NCBI GenBank assembly: GCA_021432655.1
Contig: MU271282.1
Location: forward strand, 1-64,000
Length of the DNA: 64,000 nucleotides
Direction of reading: 5' to 3'
From: Atractiella rhizophila
Lineage: Eukaryota
The translations under genes were made by a program, and so were the position numbers. The notes beneath the pieces are model-generated. The model was not told where the DNA came from and did not search any database. It saw only the letters and a program-made list of their open reading frames with translations. Within the stretch, counting starts at the first letter, position 1. Each line of letters starts with the position of its first letter. Shown piece after piece: positions 1 to 11,822 of this stretch.

Positions 1-421
1 ACACAATAGGGATCCGCCGTGCACGCCTCAAACCGGACACGATTCAAGCGCTAATGGTCCTTAAGGCTCAATTGCGATTGGAGAGAGATCGGAAGGCAAG
101 GGAACTAAAGGCTGCTTTGGCTGTGATTGCAGAAGAGAGCTGAAATGTTTGTGTCGAAGTTTACGTCGGAATTCTTTGCTCAGAACTTTTGCTCTTTGAT
201 TTCTTAAACTCATTCTGTACTTTATTTTACATTATTTAGCTCAGTAAGCACAATATTACAAGACGTGAGGCATAAACCCGTTACGACCCCGTTACGTGTT
301 ACTTCGACGTGCGGCCCTCACCTTGGATGCCGCCTCAACGGACCCGCACGCCTTTACTTGACGTGAAGAAGCTCACGTAGCATCCTCCACCCGTCACGTT
401 ACCGCCCGTTGTGCATCCCTA
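1..421 (+). mobile_element. 3' end of a hAT DNA transposon (C-terminal dimerisation region 3..143, subterminal repeats, right TIR)
   Basis: 3..143 translates TIGIRRARLKPDTIQALMVLK...*, the typical hAT C-terminal R.RL.P.T...LM pattern. CCGTT/CCCGTTAC subterminal repeats lie at 277-410. The element ends CATCCCTA (414-421), the reverse complement of the Ac-like TAGGGATG. Confidence 0.8.
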
Positions 422-2148
422 CGCCCGTAGGTATCATCTGTACGTAGAGGAGGTGGTGAATCTCTTGAATACTGCTTTCGGCGAATATTTTTCTTCCTTC
501 GCCTCGTTGTCCCAAATTCAAGGTCATCGGTAGGGTTTTCGAAAGCGTAGTAGTAACCACTCTTTCCGGCATAATAACCAATAAGATAGCAAAAGCTACA
601 ACCACACCTGCCACGTGGACCCACAGTGCAAGCAAATTTTGAGCTTCCCTGCATATCAGCCGCTCCAAGGAGAAGGTATACGTGACAGATGAACCATTCC
701 CTCTCCTTCTTGTCCCAGACACGAACACCTTCGGTCTCAAGCTTCCTCAGTTCTTCCAGTGGTTCTTGAAGAAAAGTAAAGATATCCTTAGGGTTATTAG
801 GTCCAGGAATGATTGAGACAAGAATCATGTTGTGCTTCTTAACTTGTTCTTCAGGGAACATTACAAGCCAAGCATCAGAGTGCTTGTCACGAAAGATTTG
901 AGCGCCATCGGATGAAAAGAGCAAGGCAACGTCTCGATCATCTCTGAAAAACCATTCAAGGAGCCTCTTGTAATTTTCTGAATCGATATAGTCCTCAATG
1001 GGCTTGTCTGGATTGGATCGCACTCCTGCAGTAGCCCTTGCACGATACAACATGGCTTCAGCACGAAAGGTAGCACGATACATTGCTTGAATACGAGGAG
1101 CAAGAGGGGGCCAAGTGAAGGTCTTGTGAGAAATGTTCTTTCCCTCTGCCAACCTCCGTTCGTAGTATCTTGCCTCACCACAATGAGGACGACTCAAAGT
1201 ATCCTTATACCGCCGAGTATAAGCAATACACGAGTTGATGCAGCAATCCCGCTCGTTCCCATTAAGACCAGTAAGTTTCTTTGCCATGTTCTCACTGCGA
1301 TATCGAGAGCGCAAATTGTCATAAAGGTTGAAAGGTTGTAAGAGATGAAGCAAGTTGTCGAAAGCCACTTGCGTGACTTCAGGGTGCTCCGGAAACCACT
1401 GATAGAGGCAAAGATTAAAAAACTCGTCGTCATCCAGCTCAATAGCCGGTGGTGGTGGCAGATCTTCAGCATGTGGAAGGTCATGCTCAAACTCCATATC
1501 ATTCCACTCGAAAGCTTCACCTTGATGGGTTGAGTCAAAGTCATCCATTTCCAGAAAATCATCCTCGTCCAAGCCATCTGAGGGCAAGGCTCCTGTGCTC
1601 TCATCATCATCGTCATGATCGTCTCCATCAGAAAATAGAAAATCCTTGTTCACAAAAAAACTTGAAAGGTTCGGAGAAGCAGGTTCAGGCTGAAGTGGCA
1701 TAAATGAGAAGGATGCTGGAGATGCCGCAGCTTCCCTTGGGGAAGGAGGATGATTAGTGGAATCTGGAGCCTCAGGTTCACTTTGCATGCTCTCTTCTTC
1801 ACTCGCAGACGATGAAGCCTCATCTGGTCCATCTAAATTTGGTTTAAGCAAAGTAAATAGGTAAATCTGTTGCATACAAGTTTCATTCGCCTGTGATCTA
1901 GACTCGTCGAAGCTAGAATGTTGTTCACCTCTGCTGGAAGTTGACAACTGGCTTCTTTGCGACATAGTTGGCTCAAGAGATACCTGAGCTAGGTCTGTTC
2001 GCTGGAAGTTGAACCATTCCGCCTCTTTTCCACGCTGCTGGTAGCTTTTGAAACAACGACTATAAGTTGATTTATCGATGAAAGAGGAAGCATGATGCTT
2101 AGGACAACCACAACGCTTCTTGCCTGCAGGAATGTGTATGCTCGACAT
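422..2148 (-). pseudogene. CACTA/En-Spm (Tnp2/Transposase_21-type) transposase, C-terminally interrupted by the hAT
   Basis: Motifs DCCINSCIAY, HCGEARY, SSDGAQIF, IIPGPNNPKD, GVRVWD, AADMQG and CSFC. The last residues of ORF 394..2148 are read from the hAT terminus. Confidence 0.85.
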
Positions 2149-2295
2149 TGCCTGGTAAAAGTGCGAGGTGCAATACCTGATCGAGGAAAAATCAGGCTCA
2201 GGCTTGATGTGATTTGGTTTTACGGCGCTGATTTACTCAAGCGACGCCACAACTGGAATTTTTTCGTACATCCACCTCAGTTTGCACTTACTTCA

Positions 2296-4010
2296 ATGAC
2301 GAAAATGGATTTTACCAGCTTCCACCCTGGTACTCCTAGCACCCCTCAACAGTTTGCTACTCCCCAACAGTTTGCTACACCTCATCTTTCAACCCAAGCC
2401 ATTGCCAACCTTTTGCATGAACAGCTCATGTTCAATCCCCTTTATGTTCAATACTGGAAAGATACGACAAGCTTCCAAGTTATCGTTTCAGGAAACGAGA
2501 CCGTCATCGAGCTCCTCAAAGACAAGGTCAAGATTCTTGAAGAAAAAATCGGTACCATGCAGCCTGCATCAAACTTCACGAATCCATTCACACATTCAGC
2601 CTCCCTTCCGGCTCCCATTTCTCTCACCTCTGTCAGTGTTCCACCCGCATACGAGAAGGAGAAGTTCCCCAACATTCGGTACTGGACGAAAGCGGCCATC
2701 GACGTAGGGATTCAAGGGAAGACTTCGATTCGGAAGCAACTCCAAATGGCGAATGGTGACTATATCCACAAGTCACCGGTTATGAAGATTGTGAAGGATT
2801 TAGTCGACGAGACCACCTTGGAGATGAGGAAGACGGTAAATGGGCAGAATGTGTGCTGGACCAAGTTCTCGCAGGAAACACAAGCCTGGGCGATATGCAG
2901 ATTGATGGCCGGACATGAGGTCTTCCGCCTCTGCGAGGGAGAGGAGAAAGCTAGTAGGTACCTTATAAGTGTTCTTGAGAATGCGGTCGCGAACCATACC
3001 GATGCAAAGGTGGCGGCTAGAGAGCAAAAGAGGAAAGAAAAAGTCTGTCTTTTACTTTGAAACATTATTTCGCAGTTAACAGTCCAGCAGAGCGTAACAA
3101 CAGATGATGACAAAGAGGATGTCGATGGGACCGTTGGTTCGTTTGGATGCTTCACAACATGCCTACTTTATTGATAGAACGCATAGTGAGGAGATACCTG
3201 TCATGTGGGATGTGGGACAAACTCCAGCTAGAATCCATGCTGTGCGGAGTATGATTGAAAGTCTGTTTGAAGCGATTAGTCCTGAACGAGTGCGAGTGAG
3301 AACAGACATGGATGGTCATAAACTCATCGCAAATCGATAATTGCATCCCGTTGTTTCGAAATCTCAACATACGAGACTCCTGCCGATGTTTGCTAGAGGT
3401 TGATATCGGGAATGGCCAATGGAAGGGAGAGCAAGTGGGCCATGGCAAAGCGGAGTCGGGACTACAAAACGAACGAGTTATATTAACGCCTGAGCAAAAG
3501 AAAGAACTTAGCTTACCGTTGAGGTTTATCTCTGTGATCCATCTCTCGGCACCAGGCGGCCGTCGACATGTCGTAGCCCTCAACAAGTTCCGAGATGAGA
3601 GAGAACTTGCCCAATAGACCAGTACTTTGCCATCCACATCCACACCCACGCCTCGGAAGATTCTGCTCCTGCGGAAAGGGAGCGCGGGAGAGGTGGAGAG
3701 GCATCGTTGTGAAGCCACGAAAGACGGGCAGTGGCAAGATGATAGATGGCGAGGGGAAAGTCAAAGTCATGGCGGAGACGATTGAGAGCATGAGAGCTAC
3801 CGAACACAAGAAATCTTCAGCAGAGAGAAAAAAACCGGAGGAAGACCATACCAGATAAAGATCCCAATCCTGTACACCTCCAGATACTGTACCAAAGCAG
3901 AAGGAAATTCTCTGTCTTTTACAAAACTGTTGCAATAGCTCTCAGTCCACAGACATGAGGATCTTCTTCTGCTTAGGCACAGTGCTGGAGGACGGAGTCA
4001 TCGTTATGGG
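2296..4010 (+). CDS. Multi-exon hypothetical protein, divergent from the CACTA transposase (probable element accessory gene)
   Basis: 322-aa open frame 2092..3060 with a likely Met near 2296, followed by GT-AG-linked frames at 3090-3860. No recognisable domain; boundaries approximate. Confidence 0.45.
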
Positions 4011-6094
4011 CTGAAGTTAATTCGAGAGCGCCGTCCATCGTCAAAAAGGGCTGCTCGTCGTGGTAGGCTGTGGTAGGTATAGGCATAGGCAGATGAGGAA
4101 GATACCTGTGCCCCTCTCCTGCACAGCGACAGCGCTGCAATCAGACAAAGTGAGAATGGAACTTCCTTGCACAGAGAAGTCTCCAAAGTGCAAACTTCGC
4201 ATCTGTAAACGCCTGTCACCGCACAGATGCCCAGGCCACAATGCAGAAGCTACCCTTTTTCGACTTCTCTGTCAAGTCAACAAGAAACACACCGGAGAAT
4301 CACCTCGCCACCCTTCCACCTCAGATCATCAATCTTCCGCCCTTCTTTCGAATAGTTTGACTCAGGTACTCGAGGGCGCTGAGGCTACGCTGGAGCTGGA
4401 GCTGTTGTTGAGTTGAGGACTTTGCGTCCGTCGTCTGCTGAGCAACTCGAGGAATGTTTGGCCACATTTGTCTCAGACAGTGCTGAAACTTAGAAAGTTT
4501 TTAAAATCGACGAACTCGACTCCTCCTCGACTCCCTCAAACGGCATTATTCCCATGTCATCCTCCTCCTAAATCGATATCGACATCCCCCATCTCGTTTC
4601 CACCCCATCGCAGGTTTTTGACGCGAAAAACGCTTTTTTTTCTCGCCTTCAGCACTTTTTGGGAACCCCGCCTCGACGAACATTCGATGCCATTTCAACA
4701 TCAGGTCTCCTTTATGACAAATGAATGTGGATTCTTAGATGGTTCTTATGTCTCCAGCTAAGTAGCGACACGTCGGTTGATGGGAAGGTCTCGGAGTGAA
4801 GGAATTCGAAGGAATGTAGTGAACGCATACAAGGGGATGGGAAGGTGCTCTAGCCACATCTTCACACTCTGTGAGTGTTTTAGAATATATAGTATGGTTT
4901 TGTGAGCGTGGAAATCGTTTTCGCGAACTTTGGTTTGGTTCGAAAGTGTAGCTGTTCTGCGGAGAGGGGACTTGAAGCTTGAAGAAGAAGTGACATGTTT
5001 TCTTTCAATTTCTATACGTTTTTGCCTTGCTTCAAACGTTCGACATACGCTGATAACACTCCTTATTCCTTAGATTCCTTCAAACACTCATTTTGCACTT
5101 TCGGCCCATCTCGGTTCGCCTTCACACAGACAACTTCTAACTCGTTTGTCTTACGTTTATGCAAGGAACCCTCATCTCAATCGAGCCGATAATACGTCAA
5201 GAGAGTAGTGGAGCAGCAGACCGGGTATTGGTGATGAGCAGTTGAAGGTTAGTACCTTCATTCTTGTGTCATGTCAGCACCTTCATCGTCTTCTTCCTCT
5301 AACTCGGGTGTAGGCTTCATTTGTAGCAATCGAGATGTTCGAGCGAGTTTTGTACAAGGACTTAGCAAGAGGAAGCTCCGACGGCGATGCGCAAGAAACT
5401 ATACCAAGGTTTGTCCTCTTCATTTTCATTGTGGTTCAATGTTGTCTTCTTCTAATTACTCGTTACTCGGTCATGCAGATCATTATTGTGCCTTGGAAAG
5501 GAGTCGGAGTGGAAGCAGGATAGAGGCAGCAGAAGGTGGACGAGGGGGCGCACGAACGGCGGAAAGTCGAAGGCGAAGGCGTCGTATTAGCAGATTGCTA
5601 AAGCAGGCTCCGTTCGTGCTCTCTTGCTTGTCTTCCTTCGACTTACTTGCTTTGTTTGTGGCTAGGCTGATAGCCTGTGTCTAGAGGGAACCAGGGATTC
5701 ACACAACATCGGGTTGCAATTATCATTTCTCTTTTCATAACAATATTTCTGCAAGAATATGTGAGCAAGAGCGGCGATTTTGAGAATACCGTGCCCCGTA
5801 ATCAAATAAGGAGTCCCTGTGAGAAGATCGAACAGAAACTGGGTGAGATGGTAAAATAATTGGTTATTTACCTGTTGAAGTCCAGTCTGGACACAAGTAA
5901 ATAACCAGTCTGGAGCACTGGAAACCGAGGTGCGGTCCTTTCATCCCCGCTCCACTCTCTCTGGTAATTTACCAGTCCTCCCTTTTGAATTACCTGGATT
6001 GCCACCTGGTATTCTTGCAACTTCACCGGAGTGGACTCTGGTAAAAACCAGACCTGGTAATCCTTCAAAAAACTGGCCTGGACTTTCCACAGGG

Positions 6095-6654
6095 GTTAGG
6101 AACATGCTCAGAGATAATCAGTGATTGAGTACTCATAACACTTCTTTGGAACTACGTTATCTGTTAAATTGTGTGCAGGCAACTCACAGCTTCAAGAGTG
6201 ACAAAATGTGAGGGAACAGAGAATCGAACCGACACCATAAACAAAATTATGTCACACTCTCACTAACACCAACTACACCAGAATGCAGACTCTTTGTATG
6301 TTGAGTAGGTAAGGAAAACTTTCCCTAAGTACCAACTTGAGACACAATTATTTTTTGTCCTTTAAATAAGCTTTGTTGTGTACAGTCCAAAAGGCCCTGA
6401 CACGCTTATTCTGGTGGTATGCTCACAATTTTGACGGGGTTGTTGTGGACCAAGAGTCACTTGAGGCAGTAAGGAAAACAATTTTTTTTTAATCTTTCAA
6501 ATCGACTTTGTTGTATACGGTTCGAAAGGCGCCGACACGCGTATTCTGATGGTATGCTCAGATTTCTGGTAGGGCTGTTGTGGGTGGTGAGAGAAGTGCT
6601 CAAAAGTACATGTGTGAGTCATGCTAAAAACCCATCATGCTTTATATATAAGGA
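6095..6654 (-). mobile_element. Non-autonomous Helitron, 5' part (A|TC start), cut by the CACTA end
   Basis: Minus strand begins A|TCCTTATATATAAAGC at 6654, as at 30979(+). 6480-6654 is homologous to 30979-31160 and 40130-40300, with an internal partial duplication at 6345-6450. 6095-6165 matches the Helitron 3' region at 31766-31836. Confidence 0.65.
6205..6288 (-). other. tRNA-like Pol III promoter (A box + B box), not a functional tRNA
   Basis: TGGTGTAGTTGG (6269-6280) and GGTTCGATTC (6221-6230) are about 38 nt apart and followed by TTTT. The acceptor stem does not pair. Confidence 0.55.
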
Positions 6655-7059
6655 TTCCGTGGAACAAGAATCTCAGAACAGACACTGCTGTTTTTGGCGT
6701 GTAGCTTGGGCAGACATCCCTACAAACAAGATACTTCGTCCTATGACGGCGCTGATGTTGGAGATAATCGACAAACAGTGACAATTATGGTCACATGAGT
6801 GCCCCGCAATGTAAAATACACATATACCCCCCTCACAAGGATTTTTTCCCTTCACGCTTCCCAGTGTGATAGGAAGAATCCTAGGTGAGTTTCTTCTGCA
6901 ATGTACGCTTCCCAGTGTGATAGGAAGAATCCTAGTCTCAAACAGCTGATGCTCTTGTCCGCTTCTCAATGTTAGTGAGGGTGTGGTGCTTGTAACATAA
7001 CAAGGGATAGAATACTGAACAACCTCTTCTTCTTCTTCATGGTGTCATACGGCCCGAGT

Positions 7060-7250
7060 CCGTGAAGATGAGTTGAACTTAGCCTGATCTTCAAATGTGT
7101 CGGGACGAAGCATTTGAGCGCGATTCAGTCAATGCTTCTCTGAGTTGCGGCTATCTGGTTTCGACTGCACAACCAAGGTACTCCAGATCTGTATCAGCCA
7201 CTGCTGGAATCCTTTTGAATCTTCACCAAGGATCGAAAAGTATGTTTCTG
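7060..7250 (-). pseudogene. Highly decayed hAT dimerisation-domain relic
   Basis: Frameshifted LEYL...LTESRS.LRPDTFE pattern resembling the hAT C-terminus. Confidence 0.3.
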
Positions 7251-8720
7251 GATTCTAACCCACCATACAAATTCAGTTGAATTAGGACGGTTCAAATTAA
7301 CCCGAGATGAGGGAGCTTCAAGAGAGTGAGCTGCATTTCATCGTCAATACGGTGACGAGTTTTGCTTCGTTTTTGTTCTCACTTTCCCATCTTAGTGCCC
7401 GGACCGATTCATGGGGCTGGACTGTGCTGCTTGTTGATTTGGGTTGGACAGCTTTATTACTTGGGAAAGATTCTCACTGATAGGACTCGTACTGAGGTGT
7501 CCGTAACTCCGGTCTGGTTTAAAGGCTCGACTCTCTCAGCTTTGCTCTTGTCGTCCCACTTCAGGTCGTTAGGAGTCACTCCGGACTCCGTCTCGTATCA
7601 CCATGCTTGATTCAAGATTCCTTCGCCTTCAGGCTTAAAACAGTTCCAGTTGCGACTCTGAAGCCAACAAACGGGACGAAAGGCAAGACAACAAAATACC
7701 ACTTAAAGAGTTGGCCTCTTAGTCAAGAATGTTGGCGACTGTCAATCCATCCCTTCTACAAGTTTACGCTCAGGCAGGGAATATGGAGTTCACGCTCAAT
7801 CCCCTCCTGCTGTCAACGGTATCCAACTCCTCACATTCTGCCCCACAACCTCCCGAAACTGCACAGTCTGAACCAACCTTTTCTATTTCTGCATCGCGAA
7901 ACTCAACCACTTCTTGTTGGGACCTGAGTACTATTTCACCCTTGTTGATGCATATTCTTTTGCATGATTTAGATCTCTCTGAATCTTTTGTGCTGCCACT
8001 GCTCCTTCAGCCTTGGCGATAGCATAACAACATAGAACATAGTTCCGTGGAACTAATTAGCTCAGGTACCGCAGCCAACAAATAATACGGTAGCTGTAGT
8101 CGTTCCTTGTCAGAGCATTGGGGGACAGCATTGACGACTTCCATGTGATTACAGCAAGTTTCGGAAAGAATCTCATAGGCTTCCCGGGCGGCTGAGGAAT
8201 AACATTTGCCTTAACTTGATTGCCGATTGTACTCGTTGTTGCTTCTCGTAGTGATGTTGCTGCGTTCAGTCCTTTCAGTGCGGTGATGTAGGTGGGATCT
8301 TGCCTGGCTTCTTCTCTAGACTTCTCTAGATTAGTGCAGTGTCTTGCTACTCCGATGGGTCAATAGCCATCGATCCCCAAACAGTAGTTGCGAGGATATT
8401 GGATTTCCGGTCGCTTGCCAAGACTACCAGGGATGAAGCAATTTATTCAGGAATCATTGATGATGGGTCAATATGGTTCAACTGAGTCGGTCAAAGTAAA
8501 ACGAGTCCAAAGCAACATCTTCACTGTTTGTTTCTGAAATCGTGTTGATAGGAAGTTCAACGTAGCTATCCTGAAAGGGTATAAAGCTACTCCCTTCAAC
8601 CATTTATCTTCTCGCACAAAGTACCAGGTGAGTAGCTTTTCCTACGAGTTTGTAGCACGTTCCTCACCAATCCAAGCTTTAGCTTTAACGGTGTGGCAAC
8701 CAAGGCAACGAATGATCACT

Positions 8721-9286
8721 ATGTCCTCACAGCAGAGCATCCGCCGCATCATCTATTTATCTGTTCGAGCTTTGATATTTCTTTCATGCATTGTCGGGAT
8801 CGCTGTGCTCACGGTGAAGCTGCAGCATGAAGATGCGTTCTCTTCGGATGCGGATGCAGACGATGCCGATGTCGCAGGAATAGTCGGCGTACGTCAACGA
8901 CCTAGTCACTGAATTCGAGGCTCATTCTGGTGCAGTTCTCCCTCTCGCTCTCTTGGACCATCACTACACTGCTCCTCTTCTACTTCCGCCTCGATAAATC
9001 TAACGCTTCGCCTCCGTACCATCGAGCGTTCGACTTAATCGGCAATCCCATTTCTGGTATCCTCGTCATTGGTCTCGTCTTCGGCTACGCCGTCTCACTC
9101 AATTACGATTACAGGAAGCTCAACTGCGTCACTCGTGATCCTAACTGCCATCGATATGCCGGTCTGATGAACAGGCTTCAAAAGACAAGCTATGCGTTCG
9201 CTGTCATTGCAGCGGCTGCAGATTTCTTTCTCGTTGGTTTCACGGGTATGGCGACGCCTGACAACATCCCGTTGAGTAACCGATAA
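8721..9286 (+). CDS. Small multi-TM membrane protein (MARVEL-like topology), one intron about 8889-8936
   Basis: TATAAA at about 8580. Two frames with four hydrophobic segments are joined by GTACGT...TGCAG. TAA at 9284-9286. Confidence 0.6.
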
Positions 9287-9789
9287 GGTTGTGGAGCCTG
9301 GAGCGGGGAAATTTCTGTTGCTAGCTTTGGATAAGGAAGGATCAACACCATGTCAGCTAGCACTCCAATTGTTTAAAAAATCCATCCTTGAAACTGATGA
9401 AGGAAGTGTGGATTCTATTGTAATGGCTGAATAGAATGAAATTACGATGAGGTGAAACATGGCTTTATATATTTCAAGGTAGGTGGCAAAATGAGTAATC
9501 ACAGTAAGCCTGGAATGTTCATGAATACCTCTTGGTGGCAACGGACGTGCTCAAATCCTGACAGGAAGCACAATCATCTGGAGCAAGAGCAGCTGGGCTC
9601 ACATTATCGAAGACACAGATTCCTTGCTTTGCTGAAAGCCATGCATTAAAGCCATGAATTGTAGGAAAGCTGCCGGCAGAGATCGTGGGTTAGATCAGGT
9701 GATGGTGAGACCCAGAGCGGAGCAGTAACCTGCTTCCACTCGACAAAGTCAGGAAGGCACATCTGTCTGTGAAACCAACAAACTCAACA

Positions 9790-11619
9790 TCAATGGATCA
9801 CACGGAAAGCATTGCATTACAGTCAGTCGATTCTCACAACAAATTTTCAGGAGACGATTGGATCAAAAAAACCATAAAAAAATATAGGTCAATAATCGGT
9901 CAGGAAGATACTGAGAAGCTTGGGATTGTCTGGGCACGAACGCAAGCTGCTGCCTCAACACGATCCGGTCTTCAGACCTCCTCGGCGTTCCTGAAGGAGA
10001 ACAGGTTCGACCTTGCGACGTTTTCGATCTCATCTGTGGCACTTCTACGGGAGGATGGATTGCCCTCATGCTTGGACGATTGGGAATGATCGTTCGAGAA
10101 TGCATCAGTGAATACGAGCAGATCGTGCAGCAGGTCTTTTCTGAAGAGGCGAGGCCCCAATCGCGAAAGAAGGCTGCGTGTACTCTGCAGCAAGGCTCGA
10201 AGCCGTCTTCCTCGACATCATTGCTCGACATACCTCATTATCTGAGCCGTCATCCCATCTTCCTATGAAGGATGACAAGGTTGAAGGTCGATGCAGAATT
10301 TTGTCGTCTCAAGATACCCATCAGACGCCGTTGTTTCGACAGAGATACGCACTTACGACGTGCGCCATGCAGCTCGCTTCGCTGCTCAATGTGTGGTGTG
10401 GGAGGCAGCAAGGGCAACTTCCTCTGATCCTGACTTCTTCCCTCCTATCGTCATCTACAAAGCGAAATATGTAGCCATGGGAGATAATAACCCAGGAGCA
10501 TTAGTGATTGACGAGTCAAAGAGAATTTGGGGCAAAGAAAAGCCAGGTCGTCTATCTCGTCGTCTCTCTGCGGTCAGGGATAACTCCTGCCGTCAAATGT
10601 GGTCGTACTCCAGGCGAGATTGAAGTCGCTATGAAGGCCATTGTCGAAGATTGTCCCAGGTAGAGGATTAGGTGAAGATGAGCATGCGGGAACGACGTTG
10701 GGCACATCTTTGCCATCGCTTTTCGGTCCATGCAATAGGCAGCATAAAGTAGGAGGAGTGGGAGCGAACGCAGAAGGTCGTAGGCCGCACGAGGCTTATG
10801 TGAGAGGAATGGGTCACCAAGGTTGTCGTCCTGCTGAATGTCTGGTGCAGGATATGCTCTCTTGCATATTGTGCAGATATTCTGTGGATGTTGATGCCGT
10901 TGCAGTGGGTAGTGAACGGTTTGAGATTCGTCGACGGTTGCCATTACCGCCTCCAGGCTCTTGTTTTGGCCGTCAAGATGAGATCCAACGTGCTAGAGAA
11001 GCTTTCCTTAAGGGGCAGCACGTTGCGATTGTCGGTGGAGCTGGAAACGGCAAATCCGCCGTTGCACTCGGCACCATGCACTGCGAAGACATCAAGCAGT
11101 CAGATCTAACCTGAGGCACTGGAGAAGACCTCCGCTTCAGGGTTCGCTGCCACAACTTTGATACCTTTGCCAGGCTTTCTGGCCACAACTGCAATGACGT
11201 CTTCGTGCTGCCACAGTCTAACAAACCTTCAGTGGCGCACTATTTCAGAAGTCGAAAATGCCTTCTCGTTGTGCATAACTTTGAAAACTCCCCTGCGCTC
11301 CGACAATAACAAAAATAACAATTTTTTCGCACTCTTCTTTTCCACAGCTCAGTAAACGTCACGCACTGTTTCTCTTCCGTGAACAATACCCAAACCTTGA
11401 ACATATCCCGCTGGAGATCATGGCACACCTATCTGACCCTGTACCAATCCTCTTGGACGAAATATTGGAGTTCTTAAGACTGACACACTACTCTCAATTG
11501 CTCTTCCAACAGGTGGTGCATGTCGTGAAGATGGCACTCACAAAGCCACTTTCTGCGGGTTACAAACTCTGATTGGTTAGGTCTGAAACGCTCGCCGACG
11601 ATGTCTTTTGCATCCAGTT
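9790..11619 (+). pseudogene. Patatin-like phospholipase + STAND (NB-ARC-type) NTPase, fungal NLR-like, decayed
   Basis: PCDVFDLICGTSTGGWIALMLGRLGM (GTSTG at 10038-10052), VWEAARATSS.P.FF and NNP, then CFGRQDEI...VAIVGGAGNGKS (Walker A, 11034-11057). Several frameshifts and stops; ends at the Copia LTR. Confidence 0.8.
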
Positions 11620-11807
11620 TGACAAGATCGTACACCTCCTCCTTTCGCCACTTGCGCACTTGCACGTTTCCACTTTCGTCAAGCGTGTTCTGGAACTGTG
11701 GAAACTTTCTTTTGCCACAGGGATCTTAGCTATAAAAGCCCTTCACCTGCAAGTGTGAGACTCATACTTATCTGTTATCTCGCACTTCACAGCTCACACA
11801 TTTCTCA
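11620..11807 (+). repeat. 5' LTR of the Copia element (188 bp)
   Basis: TG...CA ends, TATAAAA inside, homologous to the solo LTRs at 46953 and 62018, immediately followed by a PBS. Confidence 0.9.
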
Positions 11808-11809
11808 AT

Positions 11810-11822
11810 TGGTAGCGAGAGC
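11810..11822 (+). promoter_or_regulatory. Primer-binding site TGGTAGCGAGAGC (likely tRNA-iMet)
   Basis: TGG 2 nt after the LTR end; begins TGGTAGCG like the Ty1 iMet PBS. Confidence 0.75.

Larger units (their letters stand above)
422..6094 (-). mobile_element. Visible part of a CMC/CACTA element: terminus, accessory ORFs and transposase
   Basis: The minus strand begins CCCTGTGGAAAG at 6094, fitting the CMCWR terminus. Dense CCAG/CTGG subterminal repeats occupy 5860-6085. Homology of the flank to another repeat copy (31766+) starts exactly at 6095. Confidence 0.6.

Noticed and set aside
6205..6288. Functional tRNA gene
   Set aside because: A and B boxes are present but the acceptor and anticodon stems do not pair.
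6854..6935. 31-bp direct repeat with a short spacer; similar doublets near 19620, 20220, 36600 and 46660
   Set aside because: Two-copy local duplications with no further structure.
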